DNA of 62,961 nt, filler included, from Octopus bimaculoides (GCF_001194135.2; 5 parts of 4 records of this genome joined end to end with filler, not necessarily neighbours in it), one strand, 5' to 3'; positions 12,350 to 23,281 are shown, counted from the whole stretch's first letter. Translations and numbers: made by a program. The notes: generated by a model not told the origin, from the letters alone.

Positions 12350-13980
12350 GCAACAGAACGTGATAATTTGGCACGGTTCTTTATACATATGAGTGTGTAT
12401 GTAATTAAATCACGATGGGGATTTTTTAAAGGCTGGATATTCAACCTGTTTGCCACTTATGGGGAAATTATTGACGAGAATAGTTGCCGAGTCAATGTAC
12501 AGACATCTGGAAAAAAATGGAGTCCTGCCACATGAGTGTAAGGGTTGCAAGCATAAGTGCAGAGGTACAAAGGATCAACACCTGATAGACAAAAGTGTAC
12601 TTAGAGACTGGAAGAAGAGGAAAAATATCATAACCATGTCATGAATCGACAATCGTAATGCGTACGATATGACCCCACATTCTTGAATTATATAATGTAT
12701 GAACCTGTTTGGTATTACATGGAATGTTGAGCAATTGCTTCGAAAATGTATGGCGAATTGGAGGACGGACCTGTCAGCATATGGAAGAAGTTTAGGGACA
12801 GTAGAAATCAGGAGGGGCATCTTTCAAAGGGATTGCCTGTCCCCACTGACCGTTGTACTGAACGTGATACACTAACACTGATTCTGAAGAAAGCAATGGG
12901 TGGGTATGTATTCAAAATCTGCCAACAAAAAGTCAACCATTTGTTATTCATGGATGACCGCAAACGTTACCGTAAAGATGAAGCCCAAGACAGTTACTTC
13001 GTTGATACGGTGTACACTCTCAGTGCTGAAATCAGAATGGAGTTCGGACTGAGTAAGTGTGGAGTGTTAGTCTTGCAGAGAGGTTAAATCAAGTGTATGG
13101 ACGGGCTATCGATACCGTCGGGGGAGGTTATGAATCTATAAGTACTTGGGGATTTATAAGTACTATAAGTATTTGGGGATTTTGGAAGTGGATAAATTGA
13201 GACTGAAAGAAGTGACAGAAAAATTTAAGGTGGAGTAATTGCGAAATTAAACGGACGGAATGAGATTGAAACTATCAACATCTGGATTGGCGCAGGGGTA
13301 ATCGCATGGACAGTAGACGAACTAAACAGCTTAGACAGAAACACAAGGAAGTTGCTAACCAGATATGAAACACTCCGCCCAAAAAATGACACAGATAGTC
13401 TCTATGTACAAAAAAAACCCAGGGGGAAGGGGACTTATTGGATGCAAACACAGCATTAGAGCAGAAGAAAACAACATAGCATTGTATGTAAGAAATGCCA
13501 CAGAACCGGTATTATTATAAGTAAGAAGGTCAAGCTAGTGTAGGATTAAAGGTTGCAAAGATATAGCACTATACAAGCAATTGAAAACGAATAAAACAGA
13601 AAATAGATGAGTAAAGAAAAGAATGCATGGACAAAGATGATGAAGATAAGACAGACAGAGAAAAAAGATGGCTGTATATGACTAAAAGTGATTTAAAATC
13701 GGGACAACACATCAGAAAGTGATATGTGTAGAATCTGTGGACAGAATGCTGAAACGCCACTAGCCCTTATTGAGTATAAAACAATATAACAAAGCTTGTC
13801 CATTGGATACTTTGAAACAAGTGTATACACCCGAATTGTGGAGCACTTGCAGAAAACAGCACCGCTTGGAACCGCTCGAATACTCCGGAAGGTACTCGAA
13901 ATATAATTGGTATTACCTTAGTTCACTGGTAGTGAGCTGCTGACACCATAGTACATCTCCAGCGTTAGAAGCTGTGCAAA
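12350..13980 (+). mobile_element. R4/Dong-like non-LTR retrotransposon remnant (RT through 3' end, internally deleted)
   Basis: KGCKHKCRGTKDQHLIDK, RRGIFQRD, VNHLLFMDD, MEFGLSKC, YKYLGILE, GGRGLIG, CRICGQ and terminal QKTAPLGTARILRKVLEI*; followed by (AAT)n. Confidence 0.88.
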
Positions 13981-13983
13981 GGC

Positions 13984-14030
<47 letters not shown>

Positions 14031-14034
14031 TGAT

Positions 14035-14402
14035 GATGTATCAATACCAGCAGATAACAACGTTTCCCTAAAAGAAATGGAAAAACTTTCAAAATACAAA
14101 GACCTAGAAATAGCGGTAACTCGAATGTGAAATCTAAAAACAGAAACAATTCCTATCATAGTAGGGGCCTTAGGTATAATAAAAAAAAATATTCAGACAA
14201 ATACATAACAAAAACACCAGGACTTACAAATATATATAACATACAGAAAATTGCACTACTAGGCACTGCACACATCCTACGCAAAACACTTTCAATACAG
14301 TAACCATAAGAGCACCACAGCAAACCACAGCACATACCCAAGGCACACAGAGCTGCGCTCGGTAGTGAAGTGAAAGCACGTTATAAAAATAAAACTACTG
14401 AA
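14035..14402 (+). mobile_element. R4/Dong-like element, 3' end (REL endonuclease C-terminus and 3' UTR)
   Basis: DVSIPADNNVSLKEMEKLSKYKDLE...IPIIVGALG...QKIALLGTAHILRKTLSIQ*; near-identical to 18715-19078; (AAT)n on both sides. Confidence 0.9.
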
Positions 14403-14420
14403 CAATAATAATAATAACAA

Positions 14421-14620
14421 TAATCCTTTCTATTATACGCATTGGCCTCAAATTTTAGGGATGAGACTAATTGACCCCAGTGTTTCACCAGTACTTAATT
14501 TATCAAGCCCGTAGAGGATCAAAGGGAAGGTCGACATCATCGGAATTAGAAGTCAGAACGAGATTACGGGGAAAATACTACTACACATTTCGTCCAGCGC
14601 ACTAATAACTCTTCGAGTTC
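14421..14620 (-). mobile_element. Family A SINE, degenerate
   Basis: Homology to 243-449 and 18333-18548. Confidence 0.8.
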
Positions 14621-14635
14621 GTTAACTTTATGGTG

Positions 14636-14728
<93 letters not shown>

Positions 14729-14952
14729 TCAAAATTAAAAGAAGAGTGCCATTTGCTATCTTGTGAAAAATATTTCGACATCTCGCGTGTCTTCCACTGG
14801 TTCAAAAAATAAATTTGTCAATCTACTTCATTTTGGTTAATATAGAAAGGATTGAGGTAACTCCTCCTGAAGATATAGAGTCAAAATTAAAAGAAGAGTG
14901 CCATTTGCTATCTTGTGAACAATATTTCGACATCTCGCGTGTCTTCCACTGG
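14729..14952 (-). repeat. 152-bp tandem repeat (at least 1.5 units, runs into a gap) with an HHR-like motif per unit
   Basis: TCAAAATTAAAAGAAGAGTGCC begins at 14729 and again at 14881. Confidence 0.9.
14764..14804 (-). ncRNA. Variant minimal type I hammerhead-like motif
   Basis: UGAAC-CAGUGGA-A-GACA-CGCGAGA-UGUC-GAA-AUAU-U-UUUCA; the second unit (14916-14952) has the fully pairing GUUCA arm. Core positions 4 and 6 deviate from CUGANGA. Confidence 0.5.
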
Positions 14953-15052
14953 NNNNNNNNNNNNNNNNNNNNNNNNNNNNNNNNNNNNNNNNNNNNTTAA
15001 TTAATTAANNNNNNNNNNNNNNNNNNNNNNNNNNNNNNNNNNNNNNNNNNNN
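14953..15052. other. 100-bp scaffold spacer (44 N + TTAATTAATTAA + 44 N); also at 23515-23614, 47308-47407 and 59685-59784
   Basis: Identical geometry at four sites; the 12-mer places stop codons in all six frames. Confidence 0.97.
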
Positions 15053-15219
15053 ATATATATATATATATATGTATGTATGTATATATACATTTATTTATAA
15101 ACAACTATGAGTTCACCTCATCTTATAGACGAAAAAATTGTAAGCTAATGATGTTCATCAGATAATCGTTTATTCCTTTGTTATCTATCTATCTGTCTGT
15201 CTATCTATCTATCTATCTG

Positions 15220-15296
<77 letters not shown>

Positions 15297-15684
15297 AGTG
15301 AAACGAAGCATAAGACTATTTATAAGTATTTTTGGTTATAATGTCTTATGTAGGTTCATTAACATAAAGTAATTATTGGTTACATTATGTAAATTACAGA
15401 AGAAAACTTTGTCAAATCATCAGAAACGTGTAACTTTTAAACGTAACGTTATTGAACTTAACATATGAAAGAATTCTGCATTGAGGAGATAGCTAGATAG
15501 ACCCGCGCGCGTGCGGCGTGCATATCAAATATACACACATAAAAACGCTTACACGCATATTTTTTTTAAATACCTGACAATATACAGCTGTTTCAGTACA
15601 TAATTATGTTTTCAAAAGTAAGCATAAATATATATATGTCCTGCAATAGAGGTATTTTTGTTTTGTTTTTTGTTCTTCTTTATT

Positions 15685-16008
15685 GAAGTGTTGTTGTTTG
15701 TTCTTTCTCGAGCCATGTTTGGTTCATAGGTGCCGGTTTCCCGCTTTTATTGGTGTATAGGTTCTCCACCTGGACGGGACGTCGGTCCGTCGCAGGTGTC
15801 GCAGGTGTCGCAGGTGAACTGCTAGATGTAGGAGGAAAGAGTGAAAGTTGTGGCGAAAGAGTCAGCAGAAGTTTGCTGTTACCTTCTGTCGGAGCCGCGT
15901 GGAGCTTAGGTGTTTCGCTCATAGGTACACATTGCTCGGTCTGAGATTCAAACCCAAGATCCCTCGACCGCGATTCCGCTGCTCTAGCCACTCGGTCATG
16001 TGCCTTTA
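15685..16008 (-). mobile_element. tRNA-derived SINE, family C (V-domain-like segment, AAC-rich tail)
   Basis: Head GACCGAGTGGCTAGAGCAGCGG...GGGTTTGAATCTC; internal CCTGCGACGGACCGACGTCCCGTCCAGG; tail CTCGAGAAAGAACAAACAACAAC; contains a 10-bp triplication (GTCGCAGGTG-like). Confidence 0.8.
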
Positions 16009-16032
16009 CTTTTATTTAAAGTACTTATGCTA

Positions 16033-16192
16033 ATTATTTACATTATTTACATTATTTACATTTGACAGATATTTGTCCTCATCTTGTTTGTTGTTAACAC
16101 AACATTTCGGCTGTTACACCCTCCAGCCTTCATCAGGTGTCTTGGGAAAATTTCGAACCTGGGTTCCCATTCCTAAGGTATTTTTTGATGTA

Positions 16193-16262
<70 letters not shown>

Positions 16263-16341
16263 TCACTGCCTGGAATCGAACTCGGAATCCTGGGGTTAGT
16301 AGCCCGCGCTCTTAACCACTACGCCATATGTCCGTAGGCAT
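16033..16341 (-). mobile_element. tRNA-headed SINE with internal (AAT)n and a hammerhead-containing 3' module
   Basis: A box TGGCGTAGTGG (16316-16326), B box GAGTTCGATTCC (16272-16283), (AAT)n ~16192-16258, HHR 16096-16141, 9-bp tail repeat (GTAAATAAT)x3 at 16033-16059. Confidence 0.85.
16096..16141 (-). ncRNA. Minimal type I hammerhead ribozyme motif
   Basis: GACAC-CUGAUGA-A-GGCUG-GAGGGUGUAA-CAGCC-GAA-AUGU-U-GUGUU: stem I GACAC/GUGUU, stem II GGCUG/CAGCC, near-palindromic stem III AUGU, intact core; predicted cut 3' of U at 16101. Confidence 0.75.
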
Positions 16342-17110
16342 ATACTACTACTACTACTACTACTAATAATAATAATAATAATAATAACCGAAGCAATTTT
16401 AGTAGCAGAAGCCAAAAAAAAAAAAAAAACATTGACAACAGCAATTACAAGCAAATATATATACGCCTAAGAAAAACGACAACAAGAACAACAACAACCT
16501 CAATGGCAGCAACAGCAACAACAACAATTGCAAGCGAAACGTAAGAAAATAAAAAGCGACAGTATCAATAATAACGACAAGTAAAGCGGTAACGTCCACA
16601 ACAACAATTACGTGCGAAAATATTGTCGAAGACAAAAACAACACGAACAATAAAGCGAAAACTGTATTATTGATCTACTTAACCTGGAAGAATAGAATTA
16701 CAGGTCATCGACAGACAGGCCCGGTCATGAATTTTCTTAAGGTATAAATGTTAATCAAGGTAACATTNNNNNNNNNNNNNNNNNNNNNNNNNNNNNNNNN
16801 NNNNNNNNNNNNNNNNNNNNNNNNNNNNNNNNNNNNNNNNNNNNNNNNNNNNNNNNNNNNNNNNNNNNNNNNNNNNNNNNNNNNNNNNNNNNNNNNNNNN
16901 NNNNNNNNNNNNNNNNNNNNNNNNNNNNNNNNNNNNNNNNNNNNNNNNNNNNNNNNNNNNNNNNNNNNNNNNNNNNNNNNNNNNNNNNNNNNNNNNNNNN
17001 NNNNNNNNNNNNNNNNNNNNNNNNNNNNNNNNNNNNNNNNNNNNNNNNNNNNNNNNNNNNNNNNNNNNNNNNNNNNNNNNNNNNNNNNNNNNNNNNNNNN
17101 NNNNNNNNNT

Positions 17111-17286
17111 CTATGTCATCCGTCGTCAGCGTCATCACCGTCCAGCAACGTTAAGATGACCCACACCTTTCATAGGTAGAGCATCTATGTCATCCGTCGT
17201 CAGCGTCATCACCGTCCAGCAACGTTAAGATGACCCACACCTTTCATAGGTAGAGCATCTATGTCATCCGTCGTCAGCGTCATCAC
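17111..17286. repeat. 74-bp exact tandem repeat at a gap edge
   Basis: CTATGTCATCCGTCG starts at 17111, 17185 and 17259. Confidence 0.85.
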
Positions 17287-17379
17287 GATTATCATCGTTA
17301 GCAGAGAAGCAGCATTGTCATCATCGACACTTTCGTTTTTTTTTAATGTCATTAGATGCATCAACAACATAACCGTGTT

Positions 17380-17548
17380 CATTTCCATCACCACCATGAC
17401 CATCACCACTGCCGACCCCAACACCACATCATCATCGTCCTCATCTTCTTCTTCTTCGTCGTCGTTATTATCATCATCATCATCATCATCATCATCGTCG
17501 TCGTCGTCGTCGTCGTCGTCATCACCATCGTCGTCATCACCATCGTCG

Positions 17549-17583
<35 letters not shown>

Positions 17584-17670
17584 GTAATTGTCATCGCCGT
17601 CGTAATTAACTTCAACAATATCTTCTTCTTCTTCTTCTTCTTCTTCTTCTTCTTCTTCTTCTTCTTCTTC

Positions 17671-17705
<35 letters not shown>

Positions 17706-17800
17706 TGTCGCCATCATCATCATCATCATCATCATTATCAATGCTGTCGTTGTCGTCATCATCATTGCCGTCGTCATCATCATCATCATCATCATCATCA
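17380..17800. repeat. Compound trinucleotide array (TCA/TCG/TCT)
   Basis: Direct reading; the source of the poly-D/E, poly-S, poly-I and poly-M pseudo-ORFs. Confidence 0.95.
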
Positions 17801-17972
17801 GCGGTATTTCGTCCGTCTATAGATTCTGTGTTCAAATTCCTCCGAGGCCGGCTTTACTTCTCACCATATTGAGGTCAATGAAATGAATTCCGGTTGCACG
17901 CGAGGTCGATGTAGTCGACTAGCCCCTCCCTCCAAATGTCAGGCCTTGTGCCTATAGTAGAAAGGATTATTA
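17799..17972 (+). mobile_element. Family A SINE, 5'-truncated, with (ATT)n tail
   Basis: GCGGTATTTCGTCCGTC...GGCCTTGTGCCTATAGTAGAAAGGATTATT. Confidence 0.85.
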
Positions 17973-17975
17973 TTA

Positions 17976-18033
<58 letters not shown>

Positions 18034-18227
18034 TATTATTATCTTATAATGATTCTGCTTGCCATTGCGTTACTTACGCCGTCGGTAACACTTTCACGTG
18101 ATTAGAGAAAAAAGAGAGAGACAGAAAAGAAGAGAGAAAAAGAGGATAATGCGAAGCGTGACACTGACAAACAAGGGAAAAGAAGAGGGTGAACTTACAC
18201 GAAGAACATAGTCTGCAAAGAAGTATT

Positions 18228-18544
18228 GGATTGAAAGGTGTACGCAAATTGAAATGTGTATTGCGTAAAGACGCGCGAAATACCGTTAAGCATTTCGCCC
18301 CGCGTGCTAAAGATTCTCGCCGCCTTAACAATAATCCTTTCTATAATAGGCACAAGGCCTGAAATTTTGGGGGAGGGGACTAGTCGATTACATTGACCCC
18401 AGTGTTTCACTGGTACTTATTTTATCGACTCCGAAAGGATGAAAAGCAAAGTTGACCTCGGTGGAATTTCAACTCAGAACGTAAAGACGGGCGAAATACC
18501 GTTAAGCGTTTCGTCCAGAGCGCTAACGTTTCTGCCAGCTCACC

Positions 18545-18548
<4 letters not shown>
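18228..18548 (-). mobile_element. Two tandem family A SINEs (partial 18228-18329, full length 18333-18548)
   Basis: Direct homology to the other family A copies. Confidence 0.88.
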
Positions 18549-18636
<88 letters not shown>

Positions 18637-18637
<1 letters not shown>

Positions 18638-19078
18638 TGCCAATACACACAGATAGAGAAATAGACCGGATATAGTTGTCAAAGATCATGAAGAAAAAAA
18701 TGCTTTCTAATTGATGTATCAATACCAGCAGATGACAACGTTTCCCTAAAAGAAATGGAAAAACTTTCAAAGTACAACGACCTGGAAATAGAGGTAACTC
18801 GAATGTGGAATCTAAAAGCAGAAACAATTCCTATCATAGTAGGTGCCTTAGGTATAATAAAAAATATTCAGACAAATACATAACAAAAACACCAGGACTT
18901 ACAAATATATATAACATACAGAAAATTGCACTACTGGGTACTGCACACATCCTACGCAAAGCACTTTCAATACAGTAACCATAAGAGCACCACAGCAAAC
19001 CACAGCACATACCCAAGGCACACAGAGCTGCGCTCGGTAGTGAAGTGAAAGCACGTTATAAAAAATAAAACTACTGAA
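18637..19078 (+). mobile_element. R4/Dong-like element, 3' end with REL endonuclease
   Basis: MPIHTDREI..RPDIVVKD...IDVSIPADDNVSLKEMEKLSKY...LGTAHILRK (PD..D..K-type motif); (AAT)n on both sides. Confidence 0.9.
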
Positions 19079-19134
19079 TAATAATAATAATACAAAATCT
19101 TAACAAAAAATGAAGTAGACTGACACGCAATTTT

Positions 19135-19175
19135 TGAACCTGTGGAAGGCACGCTAGATGCCAAAATATCGTTCA
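19135..19175 (+). ncRNA. Degenerate hammerhead-like motif, dispersed relative of the 152-bp unit
   Basis: UGAAC-CUGUGGA-A-GGCA-CGCUAGA-UGCC-AAA-AUAU-C-GUUCA: perfect stems I and II, palindromic stem III, core changes at positions 6 and 12. Confidence 0.55.
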
Positions 19176-19218
19176 CCCAATTTCCCATGATAACTATAGC
19201 ACTCTTCAATTTTTTAGT

Positions 19219-19273
<55 letters not shown>

Positions 19274-19309
19274 TGATGATGATGATGACGATGATGATGA
19301 TGATGATGA

Positions 19310-19480
19310 TCCTTTCTACTAAAGGCACAAGGCCTGAAATTTTGGGGGAGGGGGCTAGTCGATCACATCGACTCCAGTGTGTAACTGGTACTTAACTTAT
19401 CAAGCCCGAGAAGATAAGGTGAAGTCGACGTCGGCGGAATTTAAACTCAGAACATAAAGACGAACGAAATGCTGTCAAGC
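19310..19480 (-). mobile_element. Family A SINE, head truncated
   Basis: Homology to other family A copies. Confidence 0.85.
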
Positions 19481-19499
19481 ATTATTATTAATCTTGACT

Positions 19500-19960
19500 C
19501 AGGATTACTCTTATTCCCAATAGAAATTATATGGGTTGTGAGTTACTTCCAATAATCTTCGATATCCACATGATTTCATTGAACCATCAAGTGCTCACTA
19601 CCCTTCTGATGATCTTCCCTGTTCCTTAAAGACAAACTTTCTGTTGAAACTCTACAGGACGTTCCATTCCAATCTCCTTTATCCATTTGTCTATTTCATT
19701 ACTCCGTCTCTTATGCACCAATTGTCATGGGTACATTCTTTACCGATTTCAAGTTCCAAATCGTCGCAATCTCAAATTTGAAGGGGTTGTAACTTCTCAA
19801 CTTCAAATCTATTTTCTTCGCATAACTGAAATCAAACGGACATAATGGATCAATCAGTATGCAAATTCTATATTTCTATCTCCATAATATCTGGCTAGTT
19901 ATGTTCCATCTTCTTATCCGTTTCAGTAGTAATACTATCAATATTTACTGGTTCCTGTTG
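19500..19960 (-). mobile_element. R4/Dong-like REL and 3' end, older subfamily
   Basis: TETDKKMEHN-PDI...CILIDPLCPFD...FEIATIWNLK...GTGKIIRRVVST*. Confidence 0.75.
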
Positions 19961-19984
19961 TTGTTCCTTCTATACAGAGCGAGA

Positions 19985-20640
19985 TACAAATCATGGTCTT
20001 AGGACACCAAAGGGTGTGTTTAATTATTTAATGGAGAACACCTTTCTGAGTAATGTGGGCTGTTCTCAAGATGATGATCACTTGGAGCTCGTGGTCGTTG
20101 ATGTTACCAGGCAGTTTGTTACTGCATTTGTTAAGTCTATTTCTTTTCTACGAACCTCACAACATTGATAAAGATAGATATTACTTCGTTTTTCATTTCT
20201 ATCTCTATGTCTTAATACTTTAATAATTTTGTCGGTGACTTCTGTAGATTGTACTCTCCGTATGGCGGCGTCTGTTATTAAGCATTTCTTTTCCTTCTCT
20301 TCCTTGTTAAACTTGTACGGACCGTTTACTGCTATTTCCTGCTCTCTATGAATAGACGTATTCCATAATATGGTGACACTCTTTTTTTTTTCTTCCATGA
20401 CTGTTTCCAGTTGATGATACACCGTTTCTCAGTGGTCTTATCATATTCTTTGCACATCTTCCAGTGAATGTATGCTGCTGCTTTGTTGTAATGTTGGATG
20501 TATTCTGTCTTATCAAGTTCCGGGCAGCCCAACACACACTGATCAACTATCTTTTCGAACTTGCTACATGGATATGTAGCATTGGGAGTCGCTGCTGTGT
20601 TTTTTTGGTATTCTCTCTTTGTAGGACTTGTTGTTGTCGT
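19985..20640 (-). mobile_element. R4/Dong-like zinc knuckle, REL and 3' end
   Basis: GCPELDKTEYIQHYNKAAAYIHWKMCKEY, TILWNTSIHREQEIAVNGP, KCLITDAAI; preceded on its own strand by (AAT)n. Confidence 0.82.
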
Positions 20641-20641
20641 C

Positions 20642-20680
<39 letters not shown>

Positions 20681-21242
20681 GAGTGAGAGAGCAGTGCATG
20701 CCATCAAAGTGACACTGGGGTAAAATATACAAAGCCCAATATACCCATCATGACTACCCGCCTGATAAGGGTACACCAGGCACATTCATCACAACCACAT
20801 GTGCGCGACATGGTGATCTCATATCAAGATAAACAGCGCATGACCTCGCAGGTGGGGCCCAGTTAGAATTTTTTTCAGGGCGAGTAGCCCATCCCGCTCA
20901 AAAGGTCCCTGCGTAATGTTTGTTTAAGGATGTTGAGTAAAACACCCATGTTTCCAAAGGTGAATTATTCAAACCCCAAAGAATTCCTCTCAACACATAG
21001 CTATGCTGCTCCCCCACTACTTCTGCTCATGATCAGAGATGCACATATCGTCAGCCACCAAGGGACATGTTCAACTGGTTATGGTCAAACAACTGACAAG
21101 CAAATCTGTGGTATTAAGCAGAATATTTGCTGTAGCCCATCTTTTATACCAAAACAAAACAACATACATGATAACACTTCCAATCAATTAAGATCAGAAA
21201 CCATGAGAGCCACTGCCTGGTACTGCATCAGGGCATCCATAC
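20681..21242. mobile_element. ~560-bp non-coding element bounded by (TTA)n arrays
   Basis: Complex sequence with sharp (TTA)n borders at 20643-20680 and from 21243; no credible ORF and no tRNA boxes; I recall it as a common octopus repeat (unverified). Confidence 0.55.
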
Positions 21243-21298
<56 letters not shown>

Positions 21299-21341
21299 NN
21301 NNNNNNNNNNNNNNNNNNNNNNNNNNNNNNNNNNNNNNNAT

Positions 21342-21560
21342 TAAGGCAGTGAGCTGGCGGAATCGTTTGCACATCAGGCAAAATGCTTAGCGGCATATCG
21401 TCTGTCTTTACGTTCTGAATTCAAATTCCGCCGAGATCGACTTTGCTTTTATTTTTTAGAGTCGATAAATTAAATAGCAGTGAAACACTGGAGTCGATAT
21501 AATCGACTCGTCCCTATCCGCTAAATTTCAGGCCTTGTGCTTTCAGTAGAAACAATTATT
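21342..21560 (+). mobile_element. Family A SINE, full length
   Basis: AAGGCAGTGAGCTGGCGGAATCG...GGCCTTGTGCTTTCAGTAGAAAC. Confidence 0.9.
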
Positions 21561-23240
21561 GTTATCATCATAAAAATCTTCGAACATTTCTTTTCACGAA
21601 ACCAAACTTAGGTACGTCTGGGAGGAGGACACATGCAATGCTCTCAGCCTATGGAACCCTTCACTTCTCAACCTCACTCCCCGTTGTTCAATGCTTTACT
21701 TCATCCAATTCTACTTTGTCCAGTCTTGTCAGGTATTAGCGTTTTGGGTCTGACATTTTTTTTTTCTTGCCAACGTCTTCTTGACATGACATTTTCTAAT
21801 CCCATTTTCAATTTAGTTTTTAGTTTTGTAATAGCTTCTGTTGATGTTTCTCTGTCCTGCTAGCATCTGTCTGTCACCCCAATTTCTGTTTTGCATTTGT
21901 TGTCTTCATTCGAAAACAGAAAATGCTTTTCTTGTGTGTGTATGTGTGTATGGTGTGTGTGTGAGTGTGTGTGTATGGTGCGTGTGCGTGTGTGTTCTTT
22001 GTTCGTGTTTTGTAACTCTTTGTATTATATTAGTTTTCTATTGTTCGTTCTTTATTAGATATTTCTTAGCTTTACAATGGGTATTGTATATGTTTCTAGT
22101 TGCCGAAGACTTATAACATCCTGTATTTGTGGAAAATACGCGACATCTTGTTCAGATTTTGAGTTGCTTATTAGAAATGAAGTCAGGAATTTTTTGTCTT
22201 TTTTCTTTTCTTTTCTGACTTGTGGTTAACTCACTGAATTTCTAGTTGAGAATATTATAACTATAACATAGCTAGAATACCTTGTATTGATGCTGTTTAC
22301 CTTATTTCTTTTGCAAGTTGGTTGTGATTTAAATGTCAATGTAATGCGTCTATCACACACTTCTTTAATATTTTATCTTTATAGCTGTGTCTATCGTACT
22401 ATGTGTAGTTTATTGATGTCTAAATCTGTATAACAAACGCCAAAACTTCTGGTGAACAAGTATTTTCAAGTCAACAACACTGGCCTTTATCATGGCATCT
22501 GTAGAGAGCTTTTCTTTCTCGGTACAACTAAAACCTAGACTATGAAAGAAAGAGCTTCAAGATCACATTGACGGCATGTGCACCAAGCTTTTCTCGAGGA
22601 CTCAAAATATTTTATGGCGTAAGCACAAAGTCCATAGAGGAGATTTAGGGACACATTCCACTGAACTTTGCTATTGCTAGCCACATCAACAGCCCACGTC
22701 AGATATTATATTTTGGATACTTTCCCATCTTAACAAAAGACGTCAGAGACACAATATGCTATTAAGGGCTTACCAAAACTAATAGGAGACTGAGGTTCAT
22801 GTCGCAGCATTTTGAAACGTATATCAGTTGCGGCCGAATTTGTTCAATTAACTTTGGGCTTAAATTTATTCTCTTATGTCTCGTTCGTTTTCTGATAGGA
22901 AGGAATTTCAACTATGTTTCGTGGTCTGCTACCACAACAACTCCTTTATAGGATCCAGTTAGCTCAAGACATCATCAGAAGGAACCACGTCCGGTTTCGG
23001 CCCCTACTCCTCTACCGTCTTGACCTGTGTATTTATTTCGAAAGCTCGTTCCGTTTTGTGTAATCGTATGTATTCCTATCCAAAACGGAAACGAGTACCA
23101 ACACTCCTATGTGGCACGATTAAACAATTGCGAAGCGCGCTCTGCACGTGAAACTACTCGTAACTTTATTAAAGCACAATTAAAAAATAATTATCTCTCA
23201 AAGCGGTGTGGACCACTCATTCTCACTGTTCGATATCAGC

Positions 23241-23281
<41 letters not shown>

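Noticed and set aside
14997-15008. TTAATTAATTAA islands inside N runs (4 sites)
   Set aside because: Always 44 N + 12-mer + 44 N = 100 bp; an artificial six-frame-stop scaffold spacer, not biology
16262-16335. Functional tRNA gene
   Set aside because: A and B boxes are present but acceptor and T stems do not pair; it is a SINE head
17111-17286. 74-bp exact tandem repeat containing CTGACGA on minus
   Set aside because: No stem II or correctly placed GAAA; exact duplication at a gap edge may be an assembly artefact
17209-17835. 208-aa Asp/Glu-rich ORF and overlapping Ser/Ile/Met-rich ORFs
   Set aside because: Trinucleotide microsatellite open in several frames on both strands; no complex domain
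13965-19209. Duplicated small ORFs MGMCCGLLWCSYGYC... and MFLxLDxTFELPLF...
   Set aside because: Antisense readings of two R4/Dong-like 3' ends
22900-23010. CTGATGA and two GAAAC motifs on minus
   Set aside because: Could not assemble stems I-III in any HHR topology
23046-23096. 14-bp hairpin CTCGTTCCGTTTTG/CAAAACGGAAACGAG
   Set aside because: Isolated; no CTAG end or other element context to give it meaning
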